DNA of 64,000 nt from Alphaproteobacteria bacterium (GTDB taxonomy: Bacteria; Pseudomonadota; Alphaproteobacteria; MPNO01; UBA830): assembly GCA_964291215.2 (NCBI GenBank), contig OZ219791.1, positions 2,784,001 through 2,848,000 on the forward strand, written 5' to 3'. The notes beneath the pieces are model-generated. The model ran no database searches, was not told where the DNA came from, and saw nothing but the letters and a program-made list of their open reading frames with translations. Each line of letters starts with the position of its first letter. The stretch's first letter is position 1. Shown here in pieces: positions 10,693 to 21,590 of the stretch. A program made the translations under genes and the position numbers.

Positions 10693-12429
10693 GTGACGGG
10701 AACACCGGACAGTGACGGCCGGACGGCCGGATGGGATCGCGAGGTCGACTTCGTGGTGGCCGGCGCCGGACCGGCCGGCATGGCCGCGGCGCTTGCCGGC
10801 GCAATCGAGGGCCTCGCCGTCCTCGTCTGCGAGAAGTCGGCGCAGGCCGGCGGTACCGGCGCGACATCGGCGGGGACGCTCTGGATTCCCGCCAACAGCC
10901 AGGGGCGCGAGGCCGGCTATACGGACTCCGCTGCCGATGGCGCGAAATATCTCGAAGCCGTCGCCGGCCGGCCCGACGACGATGTCGCCGCGCTGCGCGA
11001 GGTCTATTTCAGGGACGGACCCGGGATCATCGACTACTTCACGGAGCATTCCGAGCTGCGTTTCGTTGCCTGCGGTACCCATCCCGACTACCGCAACAAC
11101 CAGCCGGGGGCCGCGGTCGACGGCCGGGCGATAGTGCCCGAACTGTTCGACGGACGGCTGCTCGGCGCCGAGTTCGAACGCGTGCGGCCGCCGATCGAGG
11201 AGTTCATGCTGTTGGGCGGCATGATGGTCAGCAAGGAGGACATCGGGCTGCTGGTCGACCGTTATCGGACGCCGGGCGGCCTTGTTCACGCGGTGTGCCT
11301 CCTCGCCCGCTACGTTCTTGACCGTCTGCGCTACAGCCGCGGCACCCGGCTGACGATGGGAAATGCCCTCGTCGGGCGTCTCTATTACAGCCTCCGCAAG
11401 CGCAACGTGCCGGTGTTGTTCGAGACCGCCATCGTCGACCTCGTCCGTGAGGACGGGAACGTCACCGGTGCCGTGATCGAGGATGAAAACGGCAGATCCC
11501 GCATCCGTGCCAGAACGGGTGTTGTTCTCGCGACCGGCGGTTTCGCACGCAGTGAGAAATTTCGCGAGATGTTCATGCCTGAAGCGGCGCGCCCGAGATC
11601 TATGACCCTCGGCGAATGTACAGGCGACGGGCTCGGCATGGCGACCGCTGTCGGCGGCCATATCCGCACGGACGGGCACGGGTCGAGTTCGTTCTGGTCG
11701 CCGGTGTCGGTGACTAGGAGGTCCGATGGCAGTGAGGGGCTGTTCCCGCACCTTTCGCTTGACCGCGCCAAGCCCGGGCTGATCGCCGTCAATTCGGCAG
11801 GACGGCGGTTCGTCAACGAGGCCATCTCCTACCACGATTTCGTGGAAGCCATGTACCGTTCGCACGAGATCATCGACACCATGCCCGCCTGGCTGGTCTG
11901 CGACGCGGCCTTCGTGCGGAGTTTCGGGCTCGGCGCCATCCATCCGGGGACGCGGAATCTCCGACCATTCGCCGACAGCGGCTACATCACCCTGTCTCCA
12001 ACGCTTGATGGCCTTGCTGCTGCAATCGGTGTCGACGGCGCCGGGCTCGCGGACGCCGTGACGCGCCACAACCGGCACGCCGAGGACGGGTCGGATCCCG
12101 ACTTCGGCAAGGGCGACGACGCGTTCAACCGCTTCAATGGCGATCCCGGCCGCGTACCCAACCCGTGCCTCGGCCCCATCGCAAGCCCGCCCTATGTTGC
12201 GGTGGCGGTATGGCCGGCCGAGATCGGCTGCAGCATCGGCCTCGCGACGACGCCGGACGGCGAGGTCTTGGACGAGAAGGGCTGCGTAATCCCCGGCCTT
12301 TACGCTTGCGGCAACGACATGTCATCGATCATGAGCGGCAACTACCCGGGACCCGGAATCACGCTCGGGCCGGCCTTTGTTTTCGGCTACCGGGCAGCTC
12401 GGCATGCAGCCGCCCGCACGGGCGCCTGA
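10693..12429 (+). CDS. FAD-dependent oxidoreductase (3-ketosteroid dehydrogenase/FAD_binding_2 type)
   Basis: GAGPAG FAD motif, GGTGATSAG, VVLATGGF, GRRFVNE, YPGPGITLG; GGAGG before GTG 10693. Confidence 0.88.
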   Translation: MTGTPDSDGRTAGWDREVDFVVAGAGPAGMAAALAGAIEGLAVLVCEKSAQAGGTGATSAGTLWIPANSQGREAGYTDSAADGAKYLEAVAGRPDDDVAALREVYFRDGPGIIDYFTEHSELRFVACGTHPDYRNNQPGAAVDGRAIVPELFDGRLLGAEFERVRPPIEEFMLLGGMMVSKEDIGLLVDRYRTPGGLVHAVCLLARYVLDRLRYSRGTRLTMGNALVGRLYYSLRKRNVPVLFETAIVDLVREDGNVTGAVIEDENGRSRIRARTGVVLATGGFARSEKFREMFMPEAARPRSMTLGECTGDGLGMATAVGGHIRTDGHGSSSFWSPVSVTRRSDGSEGLFPHLSLDRAKPGLIAVNSAGRRFVNEAISYHDFVEAMYRSHEIIDTMPAWLVCDAAFVRSFGLGAIHPGTRNLRPFADSGYITLSPTLDGLAAAIGVDGAGLADAVTRHNRHAEDGSDPDFGKGDDAFNRFNGDPGRVPNPCLGPIASPPYVAVAVWPAEIGCSIGLATTPDGEVLDEKGCVIPGLYACGNDMSSIMSGNYPGPGITLGPAFVFGYRAARHAAARTGA

Positions 12430-12491
12430 AGCCGGGCGGGGGCATTGCTGCAGAGCGCTGGCGGCGGCAGAGGATAGTCAGGGACGATGCC

Positions 12492-14231
12492 ATGAATGTT
12501 GATCCGGTCACACTTGCCGTCATCAAGGGGCGTCTTGAGCAGATCTCGGACGAGATGGATGCCGCGCTGTTCAGGGCTGCCTTCAGCCCGGTCATTGCCG
12601 AGGCGCGGGACGCCTCGCACGGCATCTACGAGGCAGGGACCGGAGACACGCTCATCCAGGGCAAGGAGGGCCTGCCCATCTTCGTGGGCGTCATGTCGTT
12701 TGCCGTCAAGGCAGTCATCGCGCGGGCGCAGGACGCGGGCGAGATACGCGACGGCGATCTCTGGATCTTCAACGATCCCTATGTCGGCGGTACCCACCTG
12801 TCCGACTTCAAGATCGTGCGCCCCTAATTTCCGCGACGGCCGGCTGTTCTGCTGGCTGGCGTCGGTGGCGCACTGGCACGATGTCGGCGGTGGCGTGCCC
12901 GGCAACTACAGCCCGTCCGCCACCGACTGCTTCCAGGAAGGGTTCGTGCTCCCTCCGGTCAGGCTCGCGGAGGCCAGCGTTCTGCGCGATGATATCGTGG
13001 ATGTCGTCACCGCCAACAGCCGCCTTCCCGGGAGCTCCTACGGCGATCTGATGGGCCAGTTGAATTCCCTCGATCTTGGCGCACGGCGTCTCGGGGACCT
13101 GCTCGACGAGTACGGCGACGAGACCGTCAGCCGCGTCTTCGCCGAACTCAAGCGCCGCTCGGCGCAGCAGATGCGGAGCTTGATCTCCGATCTGCCCGAT
13201 GGCGTGTATTCGGCCGAGGACTTCCTCGAAAATGATGGCATAGAGGACGAGCCCCTCCGGGTGGCGCTCGACCTGACCATCTCCGGCGACCGGCTGATCT
13301 TCGATTTCTCGCGATCGGCCGAGTCGTGTTCGGGGTCGGTGAACATCTCCGAGACGACGGCCATCGCCGCGACCTATGTCGCACTCAAGCATGTGTTCCG
13401 CAACGTGCCTGCCAATGGCGGGGTGCTCGAACCGATCACGTTCGAGATCCCGCCGGACAAGCTGCTGTCCGCGGTCGCACCGCGCCCTGTCGGCGGTTAC
13501 ACGGAAACCATCCTGGCCTGATCGACATCGTGTTCACCGCCTTCGCCGAAGCCGATCTGGAGATGGCGCCGGCCAACGGTTTTGGCACCATCAACGCGGT
13601 TTCGATCAACGGGCGCCGCCCCGGCGAAGCGCGGCCGTGGGTGTTCTTCTCGTTCTTCGGCGGCGGTCTTGGTGCGCATTCGGACGGCGACGGGCTTACG
13701 CACGGCAACGGTTCGATCTCGATGGCCACGATTCCGCCTGCGGAAATCCTTGAGGCGGCGCAGCCCGTGATGTTCACAGAGTGGGGATTGCGTCCCGATT
13801 CGGCGGGGCCGGGCCGACATCGGGGCGGCTTCGGGGCGATCTACGAGATCGAGCTGCTTGCCGACCGGGCGACCGGGTTCGTGTTCGGGGAGCGCGGGTG
13901 GTTCCCCCCGAAGGGTATCGGCGGCGGCGGCGATGGCGCCATTGATGTCGTGATCTACACCCAGGGCGGTGAGGCGCATGTACCGGCGATGACGTCGAAG
14001 GCAGTCGGCATACGGCTTGGGGCAGGGGACCGGATCCGCATCGAATCCCCGGGTGGCGGCGGGTTCGGGCCGGCCCCGGAACGGGATGCTGACGAGGTTG
14101 CTGCGGATGTCCGCGAAGGTCTCGTGAGCGTTGCCGACGCCGCGGCATTCTACGGCGTCGTCGTTGACGAGCGCGGGAATGTCGATGTTCTGGCCACCAA
14201 CTCGCGCCGTCGCGCGATGAAGGTCCCATGA
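12492..14231 (+). pseudogene. hydantoinase B/oxoprolinase family, two single-nucleotide frameshifts
   Basis: MNVDPVTL..AFSPVIAE..NDPYVGGTHLSD, then HWHDVGG, then DSAGPGRHRGG and SPGGGGFG, in three frames. Apparent +1 nt at ~12825 (CCC-TAA-TTT for CCC-TAT-TTC) and -1 nt at ~13516. Confidence 0.88.
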
Positions 14232-14779
14232 CCGGGGCTTTTGCAGGCGTCGATGTCGGCGGAACCTTCACTGACGTTTTTTGGCTCGACGAGGACTACG
14301 GGCGGTATCGCGTCGCGAAGGTGCGGTCGACTCCGGACGACCAGTCGCGGGGTTTCATGCGCGGGCTCAAGGAAGCCGGCGGGATCTCGGCCCTTGCGAC
14401 GGTCGTGCACGGCACCACGGTCGGCACCAACGCGCTCCTCCAGCGCATGGGCGCGCCGACCGGGCTGATCACGACTGCGGGTTTCCGCGACGTCTTGGAA
14501 ATGCGCCGCCGCGACCGCCCAGAGATCTGGGGGCTGAGAGGCTCCTACCTGCCGATAATCCCGCGCCGCCTCCGGCGCAAGGTTGCTGAGCGCACGCTGG
14601 CCGACGGTTCGGTCCGTATCGCTGTCGATCCTGATTCGGTGCATGCGACGGCGCAGGAACTGCTCGATGCGGGCGCCGAGTCGCTCGCGATAATGTTCAT
14701 CAATTCCTACGCGAACCCGGCTAACGAGGAGGCTGCGCTTGAGGCCGCCCGCGCCGTGTGGCCGAATGACCGAATGACC
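14228..14779 (+). pseudogene. hydantoinase A/oxoprolinase N-terminal part, truncated by IS256
   Basis: GVDVGGTFTD, HGTTVGTNALL, TTAGFRDVLE, FINSYANPANE; ends at the IS terminus. Confidence 0.88.
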
Positions 14780-16029
14780 GGTACTGTAACTTGATGTCTG
14801 GAAATTTGTCTGAGGTTTGCGCTTTGAGGCGTTTCACTGGGGGGCTAGCCCCCCCAGTGAAACGCGGCGCCATCTTGCTATCCCATGGAGTTGGAAAAAT
14901 TCATGGAGGAAGCGAATGGACCTGCGACACACTACGACGATCGGGACTGTTTTGGAACATCTGATCGCAAACGGAGCAACGGATCTGGGGCGGATCTTTG
15001 GTCAGCTCTTCGAGCTTGCGATGCAAATCGAGCGCGAGCAGCACTTGAAAGCGGGCCACCGGACACCGGAACGACAGGGCTATGCCAACGGCTATAAGCC
15101 CAAACGGATCGACACCCCCACTGTTACCGTTCAGGTGCCAAACGGTCACGGGGACGATCCCCCCCAGTCGCTTGAACGCGGCCAGCGATCTTCTCGCGCC
15201 GTAGCCGAGATGTACATCAAGGGTGTTTCCACGCGGCAGGATGTAATGCGTGAGTTCGGGAGCCTGTCCTCTTCTCAGGTCAGCCGGGCCACCAGGTTGC
15301 TCGATGAAGAACTCGCCGCGCAACCGGCCCCTGATGAAATACCTGGATGCGCGCTATGAAAAAGCTCGCCATGACGGCGTTGTGCGCGATGTCGCAGTGC
15401 TCTCGGCCATCGGAATAGGGGCTGCAGGCACGTTCTGGGGCTCTCTGTGGCGCTCTCCGAGGCCGAGGTCCATTGGAGAGCCTTCCTGGAAAGCTTGCTA
15501 GCCCTGCATGGTACGACCTTTATCGTCTCGGATGACCATGCTGGGCTGAAAGCGGCACGACGCGCGGTGCTGGGCGCGGCGATGTGGCAGCGCTGCCAGT
15601 TCCACTTGGCGCAAAACGCCGTGCACCGAACAACGACATCAGGAAACGTATTGGAAAACAGCTCGGAGCCATGCGTCCTCACTCCAAACCGCCGAGGCTG
15701 AACCGGGCGCCCTCGTGGCCAGCTATCGCGACAAGCGTTCAGGCTTCCTGGCTGGAAAACAATGCGGGGCTCGCTGTCTTCACCTTGCCCGATGCTCACC
15801 ACAAGCGTATGCGAACCTCGAACGGCATCGAGCGACCGATCCAGCAAGAGCTCAAGCGGCGCACCTCCAAAGTCAGGGTCTTTCCGAACCTCGCCTCGTT
15901 GGAGCGCCTCTCAACCGCAGTCCTCATCGACGAAAAATGGGAAACCGAAACCAAGGCATACATCAAATGGGAACAGCTCGATGACTGAGAGCTTCACGAC
16001 AATTTCCAGACATCAGGTTGCGTAATCCC
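14780..16029 (+). mobile_element. IS256-family element, transposase destroyed by many small deletions
   Basis: NGYKPK, EMYIKGVSTR, YLDARYEK, VSDDHAGL, WQRCQFH, RTSNGIER fragments in shifting frames. Imperfect terminal IRs GGTACTGTAACTTGATGTCTGGAAATT / AATTTCCAGACATCAGGTTGCGTAATCCC. Confidence 0.92.
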
Positions 16030-16237
16030 CCAGATCCGTTGCTCCGTTTGCGATCAGATGTTCCAAAACAGTCCCGATCGTCGTAGTGTGTCGCAGGTCC
16101 ATTCGCTTCCTCCATGAATTTTTCCAACTCCATGGGATAGCACGATGGCGCCGCGTTTCACTGGGGGGCTAGCCCCCCAGTGAAACGCCTCAAAGCGCAA
16201 ACCTCAGACAAATTTCCAGACATCAAGTTACAGTACC
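16027..16237 (-). repeat. inverted near-identical copy of the first ~210 bp of the IS256
   Basis: Reverse complement of ~14780-14990, including the hairpin GCGTTTCACTGGGGGGCTAGCCCCCCAGTGAAACGC. Confidence 0.93.
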
Positions 16238-16239
16238 AA

Positions 16240-16459
16240 CAGGGGATCCTCGTCACACAGCGCATGAAGCGCTCCGGCATGCGCTGGCGCATCGTCGGCG
16301 GACAATCACCTTCCGCGCTCTGCTCGAATCCGGCCGCTTCGAGAGCGCGTGGACGGCCATGATCGGTGCAGACGATGCACCAGCCAACGACAACATCAGC
16401 CCAAATCACACCCCGGCACTGGCCGCATGAGATGAACAAATGGTACTGAGTCTGCAACC
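16240..16459 (+). mobile_element. ISKra4/ISLre2-like transposase C-terminal fragment
   Basis: LVTQRMKRSGMRW...GGQ motif. Confidence 0.65.
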
Positions 16460-16830
16460 GTGCCATACGAGAGTCTCACCCACCAAGACGCCACCACCAT
16501 CACCTTGGTGATGGACAACCTTGAACACCCCCCGGCGCTCTCTACGAGGCTTGCCCGCCGGACGAGGCCAGGGCCTTGTGGGACCGCTTCGAGTTCGTCT
16601 ACACCCCCCAAGCACGGCAGTTGGCTGAACGTGGTGGAACTCAACGTCATGATCTGGCAGTGCCTGAACCGTCGCATCGACTGCATCGAGGCGCTGCGCT
16701 GGGAAGTCGCCGCTTGGCAGGCCTCTCGCGACCGCATCCAGGCCAAGGTGGATTGGCAGTTCACCACCGACGATGCCCGCGTGAAACTCAAACCTCTCTA
16801 TACGACATTTTACGAATGACATCACGCTAG
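16460..16830 (+). mobile_element. IS630-family transposase 3' fragment
   Basis: LVMDNL, FEFVYTP/KHGSWLN, QCLNRRI, VDWQFTTDDARVKLKPLY; ends at CTAG. Confidence 0.88.
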
Positions 16831-16955
16831 GGGCCGTCGCGCTCACCACAGATGCAGGGTGGAAGGATGCCCGTGCCGGATGGATTTCTCCCGCGCCGAA
16901 GCCCTGTTGATCGCCTCCAGCGGCAGGGAGACCTCAACGGGCTTCCTGCGGCGCT

Positions 16956-17957
16956 TCATGCCGAAAGCCCGATTTTCATCCGGATCAAATCAGCCAGCTT
17001 CTTGAAATCGTGATAGGCCTCGGAAACGGCCGCTGCATGGTTTCCGATCGCGCCGTCGGCCGCGGTAAGGTGGAAAACGGGTTTCCGGGCCTCCTGCGCC
17101 ATGGGAACCAGACTTCGATAGTGCCGGACGGTTGCAAGACAGTTCTTGTCGTTGCTCGGCTTGTCCGGAAAAGACCCGGCGTCGCAGTTCAACAAATGCC
17201 GGCGGTAGGCTTCGGGTATGCGGTTTACCCACTTGTCATAGGCCTGCACCGGCCGGCCAAGGCGTACGCCATGCTGCTGGACGACATATCCCATCGGCTT
17301 CATGCTGCCGCAGGGCAATTCAAAACCGGGCCAGGCCCAATTGTCTCGGCGTTTCGACCATTCGCTCGTCCACCTTGTCAGCGTCGGACCCAGGTTCCTC
17401 AGGCCTTGGAGAGAAAAGAGGTCTGCCCCCAGCGGCGCGATGACGTGATCGGTTGCGACGAGCGCCGAGCGGTTCAGGGCGCCCAGATTGGGGCCGACAT
17501 CCACGAGGATGATCGTCGCGTCGATGGATGCGGCGCCGCTCTGCATGGTCTGCCAGAATGCGGTGAGGATGCGGAACGGGCGGTACAGATTGGATTCGCC
17601 AAGGGCGTTGGGCCATTCGCTGGAAAGGCTGTCCTCGAAACTGGAGAGCGCCAGGTCGCCGGAAATGAGTCCGAGGGTTTCGGTGATCCGTTTCACCTGC
17701 GGTTCCTGCAAGTCTCCCACCTCCATCAACGGCTGGATGCACTGGTAGATGGTCTGGCTCTTTGCGCCGTCCTCCCACAGCGACTCGAGCGCGCGCTCGT
17801 CGAGGAAAGTTGCAGTCAGATTGGCTTGCGGATCGAGGTCGCAGGCCAGTACGCGCTCGCCGATCTCCGACAGCATCCAGGCGAGGTGATAGACTAGGGA
17901 CGTTTTGCCGACGCCTCCCTTGTTGTTGAAAAAGGTCAGGACCGGCGCGGCCATCAT
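16956..17957 (-). CDS. ParA/CobQ-family ATPase
   Basis: [32 protein letters not shown]. Confidence 0.92.
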   Translation of the reverse strand: MMAAPVLTFFNNKGGVGKTSLVYHLAWMLSEIGERVLACDLDPQANLTATFLDERALESLWEDGAKSQTIYQCIQPLMEVGDLQEPQVKRITETLGLISGDLALSSFEDSLSSEWPNALGESNLYRPFRILTAFWQTMQSGAASIDATIILVDVGPNLGALNRSALVATDHVIAPLGADLFSLQGLRNLGPTLTRWTSEWSKRRDNWAWPGFELPCGSMKPMGYVVQQHGVRLGRPVQAYDKWVNRIPEAYRRHLLNCDAGSFPDKPSNDKNCLATVRHYRSLVPMAQEARKPVFHLTAADGAIGNHAAAVSEAYHDFKKLADLIRMKIGLSA

Positions 17958-19177
17958 GCGGCCTCCCCAGCTTCGGGAACTGCCCGTACCGTGGCGAGCA
18001 GGTGCGTCGGCTCGACCGTGAAGTCGAGTTCCGGATGTCCGGCCTCGCGTAACAGGCGTTGCGCGGTCGGTATCCCGATCCCGAATCTCTGCACATAGCC
18101 TAACACCCGCATGGCCTCGGCCAGATTCGGATTGCGGTAGTCCGTCACTCCGGGGCGGGCGAAGTTCTCCTTAGTGACCGACCCGAAGGGTCCGCCGGGA
18201 TTCTGGATTTCGATCCTGTCGTCGAACCAAGTGACGCGGACGGGAGCGTTCGTCGTTTCGTAATCGCGGTGAATGAGCGCGTTCCGTGCGAGTTCCCGCA
18301 AGGCGGTCATGGGGTAGCTGTCCACACGGCGTTCGACATCGTGAGTGGCGATGTCGACCCGGCGAAGGTTGTGCGACCGAAGCTTGTCGTCAAGGCGCGA
18401 TAGCATTTCGGGGATTGTCCCGTCGATTCTTCTCTCGTCGATAACCGGGTCCGAAAGGTCATGCCCCCCGATGCGCAGGAACTGTATGTACCCACCCGGA
18501 ATATAGTCCAGCGGCCTCGTTCCGAGCACCAGCAAACCGAGAATCGTGGCCTGCCCGTCGTCGACGGAAGCAATCATCTTGGCCGCGGCCAAGCGTTCCT
18601 CCAGGCTGCGGTTGTTGGCCCGCAGGAGTTCCCGGTCGATCGCATTGGGCAGATACTCGTCCTCGAACTGGCGTCGATTGAGATCGGCGATGCCGGTGCC
18701 CGGCACCGGCGAAATATCGAAAGGCCGGTCTCCGTGGCGCCGCCTCTCGTTCAGTATACGCTCTTCTTGGGCCGTCGCCACAGCCCGGCGCGGACCGTTG
18801 CGAATGTGGATCGCGCCCCGGTAGCGCACCGGTGGCGAGTCGGACGGCAGGACGGTCACAACGGCGATATCGTGGCCTCGATACCGGCGCTTCTCGGATA
18901 GGATCGGCGGCGGCGGCACGATGTTCCCGTCGCTGCGCATGTCGGCCAGCGCGCGCAGCATCTCGTCGGTGATGGGGGTGCCGGTTGGGACACCGTCGTC
19001 CCCCAGCCCGACGACTGCGATGCCCGGGAGTCCTGAGCCGGGAAGATCGTTGGCGAAGGAGCAGATCGCTTCGCGAAGCCGCGTCGGCGCATTGCCTCCT
19101 AGCGTCTCCTTGAATTCGACCCGCGTGCTTTCCGCGCCCTCGATCAGGCGCGCCAATTCGTCGTCGTCCAGTCTCAT
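17954..19177 (-). CDS. Schlafen/AlbA_2 domain + HATPase_c_4 (RecG C-terminal-like) protein
   Basis: ESTRVEFKE, ICSFAN, RELARNALIHRDY, RIEIQNPGG, YRNPNLAE, QRFGIGI. Confidence 0.88.
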   Translation of the reverse strand: MRLDDDELARLIEGAESTRVEFKETLGGNAPTRLREAICSFANDLPGSGLPGIAVVGLGDDGVPTGTPITDEMLRALADMRSDGNIVPPPPILSEKRRYRGHDIAVVTVLPSDSPPVRYRGAIHIRNGPRRAVATAQEERILNERRRHGDRPFDISPVPGTGIADLNRRQFEDEYLPNAIDRELLRANNRSLEERLAAAKMIASVDDGQATILGLLVLGTRPLDYIPGGYIQFLRIGGHDLSDPVIDERRIDGTIPEMLSRLDDKLRSHNLRRVDIATHDVERRVDSYPMTALRELARNALIHRDYETTNAPVRVTWFDDRIEIQNPGGPFGSVTKENFARPGVTDYRNPNLAEAMRVLGYVQRFGIGIPTAQRLLREAGHPELDFTVEPTHLLATVRAVPEAGEAA

Positions 19178-19543
19178 GGTCCCGCCTCCGCGGCTTTCCC
19201 GATCGCCGATACGGAGATCGTCCGCGAGACCTCCGCGAAGCCGGGCGGCGGTCCGAAAATCCGCGCCGGGTCGGGAACATAGAGCAGCCGGTGGACAAAG
19301 CCGTCTTCGACGAGCACGGCAGCGAGGATGAACGACCCTCCCGCGTTGAGCGCCGTCAGCATCTTGTTGCGCGTGACCGTGACGGCCTCTGCGTCCGCGC
19401 ACCGGCCCTTGATCTCGGTCAAGCGGAGGCCGCCGGTCTCAGGGTCGCGGCTTTCGATGTCACAACCTCGGTTCTCCGACGCAGCGTCGCGCGGCTCGTA
19501 TCCGAGGCTGCGTTCGCGTTTCATGATAGCCTCCATTGCCCTA

Positions 19544-20731
19544 GTAGTCTAACATTATTGTATTGATGGATATAGTGACTTCAGTTTCGTCCGGGCATCC
19601 TTCGTCGTGAAACGCCAGTCGACAGTGACATCGGCCGCATTGCGCCGTTCCACCCATGCTGCCGTCTCCCGCCGCATGGTGTCTCTGTCGGGAATGCGTC
19701 GCCGAAGGCACTGCCGCGACAGTGCACCGATCTCAATTTCGGCCATGTTGAGCCAGCTCCCGTGCTTCGGCGTGTAGCGAAACTCGAACCGCTTTCGCAC
19801 CCGCCTCCTCGGGCTCGAAGGCTTCATACAGCGACTGTGTGTGTTCAGATTGTCCAGCACGATCTTCCTGTCGGGGAAATGGTCGTCGGCAAGCTCCCGG
19901 ATGAAGTGCGCCCGGTTTCACAGCGGTCGGTGACTTTCACCGTGCGCCAGTTCTCGTTGGGCGCAAAGGCCAGGAAGAAGTTGGCCGTACCGTTGCGCTT
20001 ATATTCATGGTCGACCACCTCCGGCTGACCGGGGGTTTCCTTCGTCTGCTGCCGGCTGGTCTCGTACACCAGCACCTCACCCCCGGCAAAGTCCCGCTGA
20101 CAAATGTCAAGCACGTCCGCCGCCACGAACTGTGCGCTCCGGTGCGGTGGAATGCACCAGTACTGCTTCAGCCACGGCTTGAGCTCTTTTTTTAGCGTCT
20201 TCCTGACCGTCTCTTCCGAAATGCGCTCGACGATCTCCACCAGACGGCCGGCGAGCAGCGTCCACAGCCCTCGGGCGGGGACGAGCAGGGCGACCAGCTT
20301 CGCCTCCATCGCCCCGTTTCGGCCGACGGTTCACCTGCTCCTTGCGGCTGAGGGCAGCCTCCGGACCCTCCAGGACGCAGCGCAAGCGCTCGACCGTCGC
20401 CGTGCCCAGCGCAATGTCGGCATCGACAAGCGCCCCTCAGCATCAGGATTTGTGCCCGGCGCCCCCGGTGCCCGATCGCCTTCAGATCCCGGCGCTCCTG
20501 CGCTGAAAGGGTTACCCGGTAGAGCTTCCTGCCCCGAGAGTTGGCCATATGCGCCGCTCCTGTCATTGCGCCGAAGACCTGCGGGCATGCCCGTTGTCCG
20601 GACCTGCGCATGGGGCTGCGGCTGCCTGCCCGTTCGGCATCTTGCCCGTATCGACACTGTCCGGATTCCAACGGATGCCGACACAGGAATACTACCCACC
20701 AAAAACCATCAATACAATGCCGGTGGACTAC
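19544..20731 (-). mobile_element. IS630-family element, decayed
   Basis: IRs GTAGTCTAACATTATTGTATTGATGG / CCATCAATACAATGCCGGTGGACTAC flanked by duplicated TA (19542-3, 20732-3). KPWLKQYWCIP, EYKRNGT, LDNLNTH, TPKHGSWLNMAEIE. Confidence 0.93.
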
Positions 20732-20763
20732 TAGATTCGATTTCGGCGCGGGCTAGGGCGGAC

Positions 20764-21590
20764 GTGCAGCGAGTCTAGCTGCTGATCTTGCGGGTGAAAG
20801 TCCCGCAATTCTCAGTTTGGCGCCGTAGCATTGGTTCAGGGGCGACCCTGGACCAGCGAGCTGGGACGTAGGAAGCCGTCGTGGGCTGGCTGGAACTCAG
20901 TGTCCAGCCGGTTCGGTCAGCTAGGGCGGCGAGCAAACCGGAGGGCGAAAGCGAACGGGAAGCCCCGAAATTCCCCACCCACACGAAGCTGATTGTGGGA
21001 TAGACGGTGAACGCCAAGGTTGCTACCCGATGGCCAGTGTCGATGCGGAAGAACTGAGGAACACGCATCGGGTTCCCCGGGGTACAGACGGCGGCAATCC
21101 GGGACAGATCAGCAGTGAAAGACCGGAAGGTGAGGAGGACAGACAGGATGAAGCGACCCGTCAAGGACCGCGTCTATAACCGGGAAACGGGAAAGGACGC
21201 GGAGTCCACCTGACTGGCGGATGAGGTCGCCTAAGCGTTGACGGGCGGGACAACACAACCCGTCCCGAGCGAGGACCTCAGGGCTCAGGTGGCCTATGCG
21301 GCAGGTCAAGTCGGTACTCAGACCGACAGACTGCAAGGCCGAAGGACGGAGCAAACGCTCGGAGATGCCGTGGGTATGGCTGGGTCAGCCTTGACCATGG
21401 CGTGGGAAGGCTCCGCACCGAACTCCAAGTGGGTGCCTGATGCTTGAACCGGGAAAACCGGACGTACGGAATTTTAGGGGGGCTGCTGGAAACGTGGTCT
21501 ATGGCGATTCTGCGAACCCGCCCGCAATCGAAAGAGCGGTGACGGGTAAAGCCTTCGCCTAAGGATGCGCGCGCCAGTGGCCTACCCGAC
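20764..21590 (+). mobile_element. ORF-less group II intron, antisense within the helicase gene
   Basis: 5' GTGCAG; GGGTGAAAGTCCC; domain V-like GAACCGGGAAAACCGGACGTACGGAATTTTAGGGGGG; long domain VI ending CCTACCCGAC. Excision restores the flanking helicase frame. Confidence 0.82.

Noticed and set aside
12492-14231. Programmed frameshifting in the hydantoinase B gene
   Set aside because: No slippery sequence, two independent shifts, and the partner gene is truncated by an IS; ordinary decay or sequencing error is more likely.
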